Of a stretch of DNA of 64,000 nt, positions 28,840 to 42,563 are shown in pieces. Below the pieces are notes generated by a model. It made no database searches. It saw only the letters and a list, made by a program, of their open reading frames with translations, and was not told the DNA's origin. The stretch spans positions 1,302,001 to 1,366,000 of the forward strand of contig OX597818.1 in the NCBI GenBank assembly GCA_951406725.2, written 5' to 3'. Position 1 is the first letter of the stretch; each line of letters starts with the position of its first letter. The translations under genes and the position numbers were made by a program. Origin of the DNA: Octopus vulgaris (Eukaryota).

Positions 28840-29464
28840 CTAAGCCTGTCTTTACTCTAACTTCTACCTATAATTGCATGTTTTGGCTCTACTCCTTCCC
28901 TCCCCTCACCTGTCCTGCCAACGCTTCTTCCTCATATTAATACCCTCACCTATTGTTATAACGACGCAGGTATTTTATAAATGTTTCCCACAAAAATACT
29001 TGACAGAAAATATGCAATAATGAAGGATGGCATTAAACTGAAACCATAGTATATAATCATTTTCATATAGCATATAATGCACTTAATTTTCTTTAGAAAT
29101 AAATACAAAGGTAAAGACGTTTTAATGACACTTTCGAAGAGATTAATAAACGCCTGCGGTAAGACAGGATGTTTCAAAGAAGGATGTTTGGGATATCAAG
29201 CTACATTTATGTTTATGGGTTTTAATTGGAATTAAACAATAACAAAACAAATATATTGCTGATTCTATAGCAGGCGGCTTCATCGTAGATGCAATCATAC
29301 AACATGGTTAGAAATATGAGATCCGAAAATATATGTGAAATAATGAGGAATACTTCCTGAATAATGTTAATTTTCATTTTTAATAGTGAACTGAAAATAT
29401 TTTAAAACGGTTTCATAATCTTAAAGCATCACGCAGTTCTAATAGCACATAAACTATGTGAACA

Positions 29465-29495
<31 letters not shown>

Positions 29496-29554
29496 CATAC
29501 ATACATACATACATACAAAACATACATACATACATACATACATACATACATACA

Positions 29555-29588
<34 letters not shown>

Positions 29589-30039
29589 CATGCATGCATA
29601 CATTTGATGTTACTCGATGCGACAAGTCGCGTATTTGGCGTGGGAGATTATTTATCGAAAATACGATGAATACTAGCTCCGACTTTGGAACCACAACTAT
29701 CAGCCTTGTTAAATAACTGGTTAATCTTCAGATGAATTAACTGAGGGAGACTTTTATTCTGAAGGTTGAATTTAGCATGCAGAGAGTTATTACAAACAAC
29801 ATGGCTGGGCACAACATCAGCAACAGCACAATCGAGGAGCAGAACGAAAACAACAGCTCAACAGGTAAACAAATTCTTTCTAGCTGTAATTATAGAAGAA
29901 CCCTAACTACAAAACTCATTCCTCTTGGAGTTATGAATTGAATAATAATCTATTTAATTGCTACGAAAAAGCGAAACAAAACCCCGCTGTTGGCTATATG
30001 AACTGATTGAAATCATACAGCATGTTTAAACCTCTTCAG

Positions 30040-30310
30040 CCGGGACCATTGTGAAACCAATAATATCACAGCAGAAAAAGCAGTGTGAAGAAGGATGCTT
30101 GAGGATGTGCCGAGCAATTGTTAATCAACAGAACTATGATGTCAGAGGTGCGAAAGCATAAGAGAAACCTAGTTTCAATGTGGATAGACTACAAGAAAGC
30201 CTTTGACTCTGTTCCCACTTATGGTTGCTAGAAGCCCTTCAACTTGCTGAAGTTCCAATCAGAATAGTCAATGCCATAGCTGATCTGACTTCATCGTAGG
30301 CCACCATCTT
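30040..30310 (+). mobile_element. R4/Dong-like RT fragment
   Basis: WIDYKKAFDSVPHLWLLEAL. Confidence 0.7.
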
Positions 30311-30345
30311 GATATTAAACACAAAGAGTGACTTTATTATCACCA

Positions 30346-30628
30346 ATAAGCGCTTTTCAGTTCTTAACATTTTCAAGTACGTGTTATTATATATAGTGAA
30401 AGTTGTTTTCAGTAAAATTGTTATTGATTATTTCCGGTTTAGTTTCGAACTCAGAAATTTTATGAAATATTCTTCTTTTGCCTTCCGGAGAAGGTCGTTC
30501 TCTTCATTTATTTTATGAAGAGGGAAAATTGTAAATTTTCCTTGTGCACAGGTATCCAAATGATCGCTACATGGTATGCATCTAAGTGCGGGATGTTTTA
30601 AATATCGCTGTGTGTTCGTGTTTTTGTA
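30346..30628 (-). mobile_element. Penelope-like endonuclease C-terminal fragment
   Basis: Minus frame gives IPCSDHLDTCAQGKFTIFPLHK..RKAKEEYFIKFLSSKLN*, which parallels the 31718 ORF. Confidence 0.7.
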
Positions 30629-31500
30629 ATAGGGGTCATATTAGTCAGTTTTGATGTAGTCAACAAACAATATCCCCTGCGAGAAGCAGTAGAGTTCTGG
30701 ATACACAAGGAATTCAAGAAAGATTCTCCAAGGAGTTCATACTTGAAGGGCTACAGCTAGTACTAGAAAATAACTACTTTTTTGACAACCAATACTACCT
30801 ACAAATACATGGGACTGCGATGGGTACCAAGGTAACACCTACAGCTTGCCACACTAGTAATGGGATATTTGGAAGAAAAATCTACTGCTTATCTCAGATT
30901 TCTTTTGGCCGAAACTTCCACTCATACCTAGTGGAAAACTAGAAAAGACTTGGATGACTGCTTTATATTCTGTAACAGAAGTAAGGAAGACTTTAGAATT
31001 TTTTTTGAAATAATAAACAGCGTCCATGGGTCAATCTAATTTACTATGGAAATGAATGAAAGGGAACTCCTATTCCTTAATAATTAACGAGAATAATAAT
31101 TAATAATTAAAGAGAATGAAATTATAACAACTGACCTCTATTACAAAAAAACACGGACGCACACCAATATTTAGACTTCAGATCTTGCTATTCTTCCCAT
31201 ACAAAAATGAACATACCCTTTAATATGGCAAGACAAATATGTACAGTAGTTTCGGAGACAAATAGAAGAGAAAGACGACTTGCAGAACTTAACTTGTTTC
31301 TTCCTTAGAAAACAAATATACCCCACCAAGCTAATAGACCAAGCGATAACTGAAGTTAAAAATATCCCATTTGTTATCATTCACAATCCCAACAACCACA
31401 ATATTCTACAAACAGCCAAACGCCTTCTACCAATTCTAGTGTCTTTCGACCTTCTGAAAAGGTTCTTTTTTAAATCTTAACTCATTGAGAAAAAAGTCTT
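30629..31500 (+). mobile_element. Decayed Penelope-like RT fragment
   Basis: LVSFDV, YYLQIHGTAMGTKV, LDDCFIF, TDLYYK..HQYLDF motifs. Confidence 0.85.
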
Positions 31501-31505
31501 CTCTC

Positions 31506-31552
<47 letters not shown>

Positions 31553-31555
<3 letters not shown>

Positions 31556-32459
31556 TCTACATACAACCCCAGAAACAAAGAAGCCTTCACCATCATCACC
31601 CAGAATTTACCAATACTTCATAAGGACCCCAAATTAAAGGAAATTCTAAACATACACCAAATCATTAAAAGCTACAAACAACCTAAATCACTTAAAAAGA
31701 TTCTCACAAAGGCAAAATTGTTTTCTGAAATTACGGATGCAAAAGTAAAAAAATGTGGTAGATCGAACTGTGCAACATGTCCAAACCTGCTAGAAGGATC
31801 AGAATTCCTCTTTAAAGAGGGACAGAAATTCAAGATCAAATCTAACTTTACTTGTGCCTCTGAAAACATAATTTATGTCATAAAATGCTCGGGCTGCCAC
31901 CAAGACTACGTGGGATCCACGGGACTATCACTCAGACGTAGATGCACACTGCATCGACAACAGATTGCATTCCCAGAATACAGAATGATACCTTTTAGTG
32001 AGCACAGTGAGAAATGCGCAAAGCAACTACTACCACAATTTTTAATCTTTCCATTTTACCAATGTGCTATCGGATCATCAACACAAATTAGACTAAACAA
32101 GGAAACATTCTTCATTGAAAAGTACAAGCCCAGACTTAACCATGCCAACATACTGATACAGAGAAATTCACACCAAGGGAAAAGAAAAAATTTTAAGCGA
32201 TTATCTCCCTTACACCGGAAGAAATCACTCATTACCTCCCCTTATTTAGAACTCTTTTAAACATAAACATAACGATAACTCTATTCAACATAAACATAAC
32301 GTCGCAAGAAATTTGAAAAGCTAAACGCGAAACCGGTCTTTCTTCTAAATTATGTCATTGTAAGGAAAAAAAAAATTAATATTCTTCAGACATATCGACG
32401 CAAATATATATATTTTTTTAACCTTTAAGCCTTCTGTAGTTTTTTCACTTTTTACTATT

Positions 32460-32460
<1 letters not shown>
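31553..32460 (+). mobile_element. Penelope-like 3' portion with intact GIY-YIG domain, flanked by (TA)n
   Basis: CxxxxCxxC linker, NIIYVIKCSGC..YVGSTG..LH..EH (CCHH-type GIY-YIG) and a hammerhead in the 3' UTR. Confidence 0.9.
32306..32344 (+). ncRNA. Minimal hammerhead, U3-A8 variant
   Basis: aagaaa(t)-TTGAAAA-gc taaac gc-GAAA-ccgg-TC-tttctt. Confidence 0.65.
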
Positions 32461-32497
<37 letters not shown>

Positions 32498-32498
<1 letters not shown>

Positions 32499-32707
32499 GG
32501 GGTCATATTAGTCAGTTTTGATGTAGTCAACAAACAATATCCCCTGCGTGAAGCAATAGAGTTCTGGATACACAAGGAATTCAAGATTCTCCAAGGAGTT
32601 CATATTTGAAGGGCTACAGCTAGTACTAGAAAATAACTACTTTTTTGACAAGTAAGGAAGACCTTAAAATTTTTTTTGAAATAATAAACGGCGTCCATGG
32701 GTCAATC
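32498..32707 (+). repeat. Duplicate of the start of the 30629 Penelope fragment with an internal deletion
   Basis: Matches about 30629-30788 joined to about 30980-31037. Confidence 0.85.
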
Positions 32708-32944
32708 CATGTATGAATGTATGTATGTATGTATGTATGTATGTATGTATGTATGTGTGTATGTGTGTATGTATGTATGTATGTATGTATGTATGTATGT
32801 ATGTATGTATGTATGTATGTATGTATATATATATATACATATACATACATACATATATGCATACATATATATATATGTATGTATTTGTGTGTGTGTTGTG
32901 CGTGTGTGTGCGCGTGCGTGTTTATGTATGAAGTAAGTTCCAAT

Positions 32945-33420
32945 ACGTTCTTCCGATGTAAGTATGGGATCTACGATACTCTAAATATAAAAAGTCGACA
33001 CAAGAGACTTGATTATATACAGGCAACGTTTTGTCAATAATCAAATACGCAAGGAGACATAGTTTAGAAGAGTTAAGAAAGGATCGCATTATTTCTGTTA
33101 ATAACTTCAGCCGAAAAATAGTTATTACAATTAACTTTATGATTCTTACCTTTACACTTAAGTTCAGACTTACAGAGACCCTTCCCCAAATGTCAATGAA
33201 AAACTTATATAAAAAGAAAACAAAAAACAAGACTTGATAATACAAGTAGAAAAGGTATCTCATTCGTTATCGAATAACGACATCTTCGATAGTGCACCTA
33301 TCTCGTTATACGAACTAGTGGATTCAAAGAGAAGATTACTTTCACCCTTAACCAAAAAGAAAAAAAAAAAACATCGGGTTTACACATTTTTCGTTTAACA
33401 TTAAGTCTAATATTAAGAAC
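32945..33420 (+). mobile_element. Very decayed Penelope-type RT remnant
   Basis: A DVSMGSY-like motif and downstream ITIN/RPF remnants, heavily broken. Confidence 0.4.
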
Positions 33421-33523
33421 TTTAGTTGAGAAGCATTTCCTGATTTACTCTAGATAGATAACATTATTTAATACGTACAATTTTAAACTGTTACAGTTGT
33501 ATTCATATTACAAATGTATCTTA

Positions 33524-34037
33524 TCTATATAAATAAAACTGTAGTTGTGTGAGTGTCTGTCCCCTTCGATTTAGATTCCTAACTACTCCCACATTTTGCG
33601 GTGCAGTTTAACCAAATTTGGGTATCTTATAGTCGTGATTCATATCGAGCCCGTCTGAGTATTAGCGCGCGTCTACGATGAGTCTACGATTTTAAAAATA
33701 ATTTAACATAATTTTTTATTCCATTTTAATGCATAATTTTTCGTGTGTCGATGGCGGCGGAGTTGGCGTCCATGGTCACACCTGCACCTGTTTGCTTCTC
33801 CCCCTTCTTCCCTCCCTCGTGAAGCTGTGGGGGAAGGGAGTGTAAGGAAATCAACGTCGTAAAGCGTTGTCAAGGAGACCAGCGTTCCTTTAGAACAACG
33901 ACTTCATGGCTTGAAGACACCAAAACAGAAATGGCTAAGAAAGCCCGAATTGGCATCTATAAGGGAAGTAACTCTCTAAAAATGCTTATATAGTTAATTC
34001 CCTTACAAACCCGAGCAACGCCGGGCGATACTGCTAG
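33524..34037 (+). mobile_element. Non-autonomous Helitron
   Basis: A|TC 5' end, 3' hairpin cccg-agcaacgc-cggg, CTAG|T 3' end. Confidence 0.85.
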
Positions 34038-34404
34038 TAATGTATAAAACTTTTAAATTAAGTGAAGTTAAATGTCCATGCACAACTACATCTCAAATTC
34101 TTTCATCTTAATAACCTACTTAATCCAATCAAGTTAATCTTATTAGTTATTTCAGATATTTAGGCTCCATTTTATCCTTTTAATATTTTAAATATCTTGT
34201 TTTATTTTACTGTCATCTACTGTTAATTGAACTTTTGGCGAATATGTGATTTGTCAGATATAATTTAGAATCTTTGAGGTACTCAGTTACGATAACATTG
34301 GTTTTATCGCTAGAAAATTCCCAATGCTACAATTTATTATGTAATATACATTATATATAGTCGTAGTAGTATATGTGTACATGCACGTATGTATGGACGT
34401 ATAA

Positions 34405-34449
<45 letters not shown>

Positions 34450-34487
34450 CATATTTATATGTGTGTGTGTGTGTGTGTATGTATACA

Positions 34488-34960
34488 TACTAAGGGATAC
34501 CTAAAAGTAACAGGAAACGTTTTCTGTGAGACAAGCCCGTTGAAGTTCAGGCTTCTACCGCTAGAACCTACTTGATGTGACCCTCAGGCATCAGGCTACC
34601 GACCGGTGTCATTGTTTTTGTTGTACTGTCACATGGTGCGTCTTTGTTTTGCAATGCTTCTCCCCTGTTCGTCGATGTTTGCGATAGCTGAAACGAAGGA
34701 ACAGCGTGCTTCTGTAAAACTCTATTTTCTGCTGGGGAAAACTGTGGCCGAAACAGTTGTCATGCTTCAAACAGCTCACAAGCCGCTGCCATGAACAAAA
34801 CACAAGTTGATGAGTGGTTTTCATGCTTTAGGAATGGTCACTTGTCGCTTGATGGCCAACCTCGTTCAAGGCGATCATCGACCTCCCGAACGAATGAAAA
34901 CATCATGACATTTCATGAACTGGTCTTCAAGGACCGTCAGCGAACATTTGATGAACTTGT
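34488..34960 (+). mobile_element. Mariner 5' fragment
   Basis: EQRASVKLYFLLGKTVAETVVML and EWFSCFRNG..QPRSRR (HTH region). Confidence 0.75.
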
Positions 34961-35355
34961 GCTTTGTTGTTTAGTCAGAAAGAAAAGGAAGCGTCTTTTA
35001 TAGGGTCCTCCAAAACTGGTGGCAAGGATGGAGGAAGGTATATTCAAACCAAAGCTTGAACCGAATACATTAATTACCATTATGATTAATTTTCGTATAG
35101 CAGTCAAATCGTCTCGAAAAACATCGCTCTGTATTAAAAATGAAGGACACGTTAGATAATATAGTCTGACACAAAACAAGTAGCAAGGTGATAGAATTAC
35201 TCAATTAGAGTGACTTGACGCTAAGCAACGTCAGCAGCAACAACAACAACAATAACAACAGTTGCGACAGCATCAACACCGCCACCACCAACAACAACAA
35301 TAACAACAATATCAGAAACAACAGCAACAACAGCAACGACAACAACAACGACAGC

Positions 35356-35408
<53 letters not shown>

Positions 35409-35924
35409 CGTTTGCAGCAAAATCTCAGGAAGAATCTACTGAAATAGTCTAGATTTTCATGAACAATTGACCGTAGAGTAGAAAGAACCTGTCACAGGGA
35501 ACATTACTATAGCATTGCCATTTTTCTTGCTTCCATTTCTGACATCTTCCAACACTTTATGTAATATTATATACAGCCAGTTACGAAGCACGTGATTTAT
35601 TTACTTCCTTTACTGATCTCGGATGATTAGTAAAAAGCTTGCTTATATTTCTAACTTGGCAGCTATGGTGAAATCTCTAGGAGTTTTATCCGGTGTCTTA
35701 AGTAGAACTCGTTTACGCAAATATGATATGTTTTAAAGTAATTTAGACCCCAATAAAAGAGTTTTTCCAGTTAATTAAGATATTAAACAGTTTAGCTGTG
35801 GTGTTTAACGACAGCGCTTGTTTGTACATTCAACTAATTAACTGCAGCAGTGTTGTAAAGTCATCTTAAGTATAAGAAAGAAAAATATTTCATGATTTAT
35901 ATTTTGATACTTTAGTTTATCGTT

Positions 35925-36104
35925 TATATTCTTTTACCTTTTTTCAGTCATTAGACTGCAGTCACACTGGGGCACCGACTTTAAGAACTTCAGTTGAATG
36001 AATCGATCCCGGTACATATTTTTATGCATGATACTTATTATATCGGTCACTTGCGCCGAACCGCTAAGTTGCAAGGCTGTAAACACAACAACACTGTGCG
36101 ATGA

Positions 36105-36155
<51 letters not shown>

Positions 36156-36290
36156 ATATAAATATGACGGGCTTCTTCCGTTTCCGTCTACCAAATCCGC
36201 GGTTATAATAGAAGACACTTGCAACTCAGTTTGACTAAATCTGGAACCATATATGTGGGAAGCAAACTTCTTACCATACAGCCATAGAAC
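35925..36290 (-). mobile_element. tRNA-derived SINE
   Basis: Same head, (TG)n and tail as the 50960-51440 SINE. Confidence 0.75.
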
Positions 36291-38847
36291 TTAAAGAAAA
36301 AACAGAGTCGATGTATAAAGTGGGGGTAATGAAACTATCGATATCATTAATATTAACTTGTTGCTTTTGGTGTCTTTTGTTGTAATTGTTTTTGCTTATC
36401 ACCTGATGCTCCTAAAATGGACTGATCTATGACCAAAATGGCCATCATATATTATTTTCTGACATTATATCTATGATGATGTGCCCATACCTTTTATAAA
36501 GTAATATATTTTTAAAGAGAAATTTGGCTGCTTTTCTCGCATGTCGAATGATTATGAAGAGGTTTCGTCATTGTTCCTACAATGAAATACAACTGTTGAA
36601 TTGGTCTCCGTATACTATGTCAGTTTGCCTACTTGCTGCCTTCATAATAATGGGTTCGTAGAGTAAGTGAAAGACATTATATGGAATAGGAACCGGCCCC
36701 TCGGCAGACTAACACCACCGATCAGTGATCGTTTAAATCAATGTTTCAAATAAATAAAACAATATTATAGTGAAAGAAAACGAGCAACGGTGACAGAGTT
36801 TGTCAAGTGGTGGATGAAATAGATAATAGTGATCGATCATAGTATAGACCGATTATAATTGTGATCAATTTTAACAATTTATGTTTAAAAAACAAACTGG
36901 TGGAGAAAAGAATAACTACAAATAATACAAATATCTTACAGATATTATTGGATAGTGGGTAAATGTGGTTACTTTGTGTAAAGCAAAATTCAACAACAAC
37001 AGCTCAGAGTTAAATGTAAAACAAGATGAATAGAAGCTTCCGGTTTTAGTTGTCACATGTTCTCATCTGCTCAAGGAATAATATAGTCAGTCAACTGTAT
37101 AACATTAGATTCTATAGAACGTTAACGGAGGAATAAACGATTATGCCTTGAAGATGTTATTAAACATCATGAAGCCATTGTACACTATGTCTTAAACATC
37201 TTCCGTCACTGTGCACTGTCTTAAACATCCTTCTTTCATCGTGTGCTATGTGTTAAACTCGTACAGTCATTGTGCACTCTCTCTTAGTCATGATTACATC
37301 CTAGAACCTATTGCAAAGTATTTAAAATTAACAGAAACTTTTGAAATTAATGTCCTCTGATCTTTCAGTGCCATACATAATCAAACTTTTGTTCAATCAT
37401 CCATTGTACTCTGCATTATAAGCAAACGTGCGAGTGTCGTCTTTGTGTACGTGAACATATATGTTTTAAAAATCTGAAATCATGCAAATTTTCTAATTCT
37501 TTCAGAACAAAGAAAATAAAAGTTTGTCATAAAATGCTGGGCAGATGACAAAAAGCCAAGCCGGGACATTAGAATATATACACCATTACTAATATTTGTA
37601 TTTTCAACAATTTGAGACAAGCATTATCTTAGTAAATAAATTTATTTGTCTCTCCTAACGTTTATCACTATTTCATGTCGTTCCACTCGACTTGTCACTT
37701 CACTTGACGTTGGAGACCAACCTTATTTTGTGTCAACTTTACTGCTATGCTATCTTTATAATTGCTTCTGCTTCCGTAGATATATATATACATTTGAAAT
37801 TTTGAAATCTTGAAATTATTCACACCTTTAAAGCTGTCTCATTCAGTACACTTTCAATGTTTGCTTTGCTGTTGTTGCTGCTGCGCCTGCCGTTGTTGTT
37901 ATTCTTAACCTTGGGTCAAACATGATGACGCAGAACTATGAACAAACACGTCACTGTCACTGACCTGCTTGCTTTGTTTTCAGGCACATCGTAGCTAAGG
38001 TCATATTATCAAATGCTTCCCTCTCCATTTCATTTTGTAAGACAGCAGAGTGTGATTGGAAAACTTAACTACTATTTCTAGACGGTAAAGTGATCCCATG
38101 GAAACTCACTCATTGGTTATCGTCATCTGTTATTTCCATATCGTGTTATAAAAATCCCACTTCTATATAAGATGTTCGTGAAATTCGGTGAGGCTGGCTG
38201 AGTGAATTCATCTCTTAGATATACTGATGATGTCATCTTTCTCTCTCACTCCATCGATGGCTACCATTACTTTGTCTTTAGACTGATGCTCAGTATCTGT
38301 TCATTATTCTTGGTTTATGTTAGTCATTAGTAAAACACTTTCTCCATTTTCTCACCTATTTTCCCAGTAGAGTGAGTGCAGTACAAATGGGTAAACGTAT
38401 TTTTTAGGACTAGAAAAACCGAGAGCAAACTTGAGAAACGAAAGAAGATAAACTTTACCTCTCTAGTTTCAGCTCTATAACTTTACTTTTCAGTTTACAC
38501 CTTCAAATGATCGTCACGCAACAAGGCACATGCGAAAGCTATTGGCAAAATAGAGGTATACGCCCAAAAGAATTGGGTCATAGCGATAGATATATGTTTT
38601 AACAATGACAGACACATCGACAACAAAGGCAAAAATATTATTGCAAAAATAACAAAAACAGAAATTTTATTAGCAACTTACTGAATACAAAATGAGTTTC
38701 ACTTAGCCTTTCACTGTGTGACTAATGTCAGTAGTTATTCTGCTTATGTCTACAAAAAAAGTATGAAAAAGGATTTTATCAAATACAACAAATGATCAGA
38801 GCTTACTAAGCTAAATAGTATACAAACAACTAACATTTGTCTATGTG

Positions 38848-38909
<62 letters not shown>

Positions 38910-39308
38910 AATATATAGAGTGGGGTATATTGCAGATTTTAACTCATGCTGAAACGTGTCTTTGAACTAGATACTACTCTCGCTATGAAACATAAGCATA
39001 GCTGTTTAAAAACACGCACAAACAAACGTATATGTACACACGCTCGCGCGCACAATCACACATATATACATACCATACATTCCACCTTTTACTTTCTGCC
39101 TCTAATTCACACTTCTTAGACTGGGACTTGGAAATGGGGGGAGGGAAAGAAAATGTGTATAACGGTAACTGTAAGTTAAGAGTTAATAATCATGGAATTA
39201 GGATGAGTGGAGGAACCTGGAGACCAAAGGTTGATGAGCATATACGAAAAAGGCGATTATTCACATCCAATATACATGCACACACACACACATACACCCC
39301 CCACACAC

Positions 39309-39860
39309 ACGAGGGTTGTTTAAGGATATTGGGACTGTTGTTATGATAATGGAGCTAAATTATGCAGAGTAAACCTGTTTGGCACAGACTGATATTGAAC
39401 TCTGTCGCACATGCATACTAAGTTATAACGTTCTCACTCACTTCCATTGTTTCAAGTAGTGTTTGGAGTTTAAGTGTATAGCGTGTAGTCGTATCAAAAT
39501 AGAAGATCGTATTCCAGCTGTGCAGGAACTCCTTGACTGTTGAAGAAGACGAAAGCGTTTTGAACTTGGTCATAACAAGTGAGGATTCGTAAGTGCATGA
39601 CTATGAACACGAAATCAAGGCTCAGTCTTCGTAGTGGAGGAGGGCCCCAACAAGATTCCAAGAGGCCAAGAAAATTCAGGAGAATGCAACGTGAACAGCT
39701 GTTCACTTTCCTAAAAAAGAAGTTCCAGGAAGAGTTCCATCAATAGAAACGACGCTGGATAGAGTGTGTTGTTTTAGAAGGGTACTAATTAGGAGATTAA
39801 ATGCTGCCGAATTGACATGTGTTGTAGTTTACTTCTCATAGCACTAATCTCGATATATGT
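39309..39860 (+). mobile_element. Internally deleted mariner-like remnant
   Basis: Starts cgaggg and has a KRRWIECVVLEG C-terminal remnant. Confidence 0.5.
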
Positions 39861-40119
39861 ATGCATATATATATACATACATACATACATACATATATAT
39901 ATATATATAATGATAAATCTCAGAGCGAGTTATAAACAGTAGCAGCAACACATCGTGACGTATATTTGCCATTTGAATATGGCTAACCCCTAAGGGTGGA
40001 TGCTACTGTAGTTTGTAGTCCCAGGAGGACACCTCCTCCAGCTGGCTATAGACACACTTTCTGTGCCCTATCAGTAATTTCAAAGGGAAGCCATCCTTCC
40101 CGTCTTCAACTTATGATAC

Positions 40120-40162
40120 ACACGGACTCGAGTTTCAGGGTATTGACCCGTCATCGGCGTGT
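40120..40162 (-). ncRNA. Type I hammerhead (U4C variant)
   Basis: acacg-CCGATGA-c gggt caat accc t-GAAA-ctcgag-TC-cgtgt. Confidence 0.75.
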
Positions 40163-40347
40163 GACAATCATAGTTGTCAATGAGAAGTAGGTTCCCTTCA
40201 CAAATACATATACTTTTTCCAGTATCGATTGACACTGATATTGAAAAAATGTAATCAAACAATATTCAATATCAGTGTCAATCGATACTGGAAAAAGTAT
40301 ATGTATTTGTGAAGGGAACCTACTTCTCATCGACAACAATGATTGTT

Positions 40348-40390
40348 ACACGCCGATGACGGGTCAATAACCTGAAACTCGAGTCCGTGT
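40348..40390 (+). ncRNA. Type I hammerhead (U4C variant)
   Basis: acacg-CCGATGA-cgggtcaataacct-GAAA-ctcgag-TC-cgtgt. Confidence 0.72.
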
Positions 40391-40551
40391 GTATCATAAG
40401 TTGAAGACGGGAAGGATGGCTTCCCTTTGCAAATACTGATAGGGCACAGAAAGTGTGTCTATAGCCAGCTGGAGGAGGTGTCCTCCTGGGGCTACAAACT
40501 ACAGTAGCATCCACCCTTAGGGGTTAGCCATATTCAAATGGCAAATATACG

Positions 40552-40654
<103 letters not shown>

Positions 40655-40831
40655 AATAAATAAATATATATATATATTTGAAAAGTGAATAGGAATGACT
40701 TTACTGATAATTTTTCCTCTTTAATAATTAGATGTTCATCTAAATTTTACAGGGCAAAAATGATAAAGAAAGCCATTTCTATTCATTTTTTTCAAATATA
40801 TAATACAGAAAACTTTCTATTTCTTATTTTA

Positions 40832-40881
<50 letters not shown>

Positions 40882-40882
<1 letters not shown>

Positions 40883-41100
40883 TGAAGAATTCTATAAGTC
40901 GGAGGTGGCGATTGAAGTGTTCAATATCAGATTTCAGTTCAATGAGATTTGGGATGGGTGTCGGGGTAAACTTGAAACCGTTTAATCGGAGGTTCATCTC
41001 ATTCTTGTTGAGGTTTCTATTTGACAAATTTATGATCTTCGGGTCTATATGTTCTGTGTTCATTTAAATTTTGTTTTATTGGGTTTGGCGCGTGATTTTG
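40882..41100 (-). mobile_element. Penelope-like N-terminal fragment
   Basis: IINLSNRNLNKNE..GFKFTPTP..F.R.LRL.EFF, typical of the region before the RT in Penelope-like elements. Confidence 0.7.
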
Positions 41101-41346
41101 GTATTTTATCCCTAAAAAATGGAATTGTGTTACTGTCTCCATTTTCTGATTTCGGCTCTTATGCATGCATATGTATGTATGCATGTATATATGTATGTAT
41201 GTATAAATATATATCTATATATATATACATGCATATATCTATATATATATATATATATAACATTAAATTTAGGGTAAAAATTGATATTTATCAATTAGAA
41301 CCAGTGGTCTAGCATATTAAAGAAAGAATCCGAAGATTAAAATATT

Positions 41347-41557
41347 TATATATACCAATTAAGGACTGAACACGAAAAAGTGGACAGTCAACATGCTAGA
41401 TATAGACGTCAAATCGCCATTCTCCACAAAAAGTCTATGTTCTCAGATCATAGAACATAGACTTGATCTGAGAACATAGACTTTTTGTGGAGAATGGCGA
41501 TTTGACGTCTATATCTAGCATGTTGACTGTCCACTTTTTCGTGTTCAGTCCTTAATT

Positions 41558-41567
<10 letters not shown>
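41347..41567. repeat. Perfect ~104-bp-arm palindrome with TA-rich outer ends
   Basis: 41347-41450 versus 41464-41567. Confidence 0.95.
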
Positions 41568-41629
<62 letters not shown>

Positions 41630-42326
41630 ATTTTTTATATATATAAAATACAAAAATGGGACAAGAACACAAAACATCCAGTCAGACAATACAAAGAAAA
41701 CAAGGACGGGTCATTCGGAGTTTTCTATCCTCAATCGAGTTCCAGATTATCTTTGCAATTTCGGCTGGTTATACTCGAGATTGCTCCAATCTGGCCAGCC
41801 TTAAGGAAAAACTAAGCTAAGAGCATTAGATTCCTTGGAAGAAAGCAGCGAATGTATACGAAAACAAGGAGGATAAAAAACGGAGAATGTTACACAAATA
41901 CAAATGCAAATAACAGAACATAACAACAGGTGTCTTTCGACTAAGGACGAATTAAATTAGGCTGGCGTTTGTGGAGGTGAAGCCTTACGGCAGGATCATA
42001 AGATTTGACAGGCACAGGGAGAAAATAGACGTTGCACGGATGGTAGTCGAACCAAGAAAGGTCAGGCTTGGCCGAAAACCGGTGACGTGGGGAAAGAACA
42101 GAGAGAGGTAGGGGCAGAGGGATAGAAAAATTAAGGAGGGGCGAGAAAAAATGAAAGGGACACAGTGAAGTAAAAGAGGAGGGAAATTGAGCATGAAGAG
42201 AAGGTCAGGAATTGTGAGAGAGGAGGAACGAAAGAACGAAGAGTAAACTGAACGAAGTAAGCGTGAAAGGGCTGATAGAAAGGAGAAAAGAATGATAGAA
42301 TAGAAAGAATAATAGAGTCGTACAAA

Positions 42327-42409
<83 letters not shown>

Positions 42410-42563
42410 CGTGTGTATGTATATATATATATATATACATACAGATAGCATATATATATATACGTATATATATACACACATATATATATGCATATGTGTG
42501 TATATATATGTATATATATATGTACATGTGTATATGTGTGTGTGTTTGTGTGTGTATACAAAT

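Noticed and set aside
31718-32260. Selenocysteine-containing Penelope endonuclease
   Set aside because: There is no in-frame TGA at the Cys positions in the copies I translated
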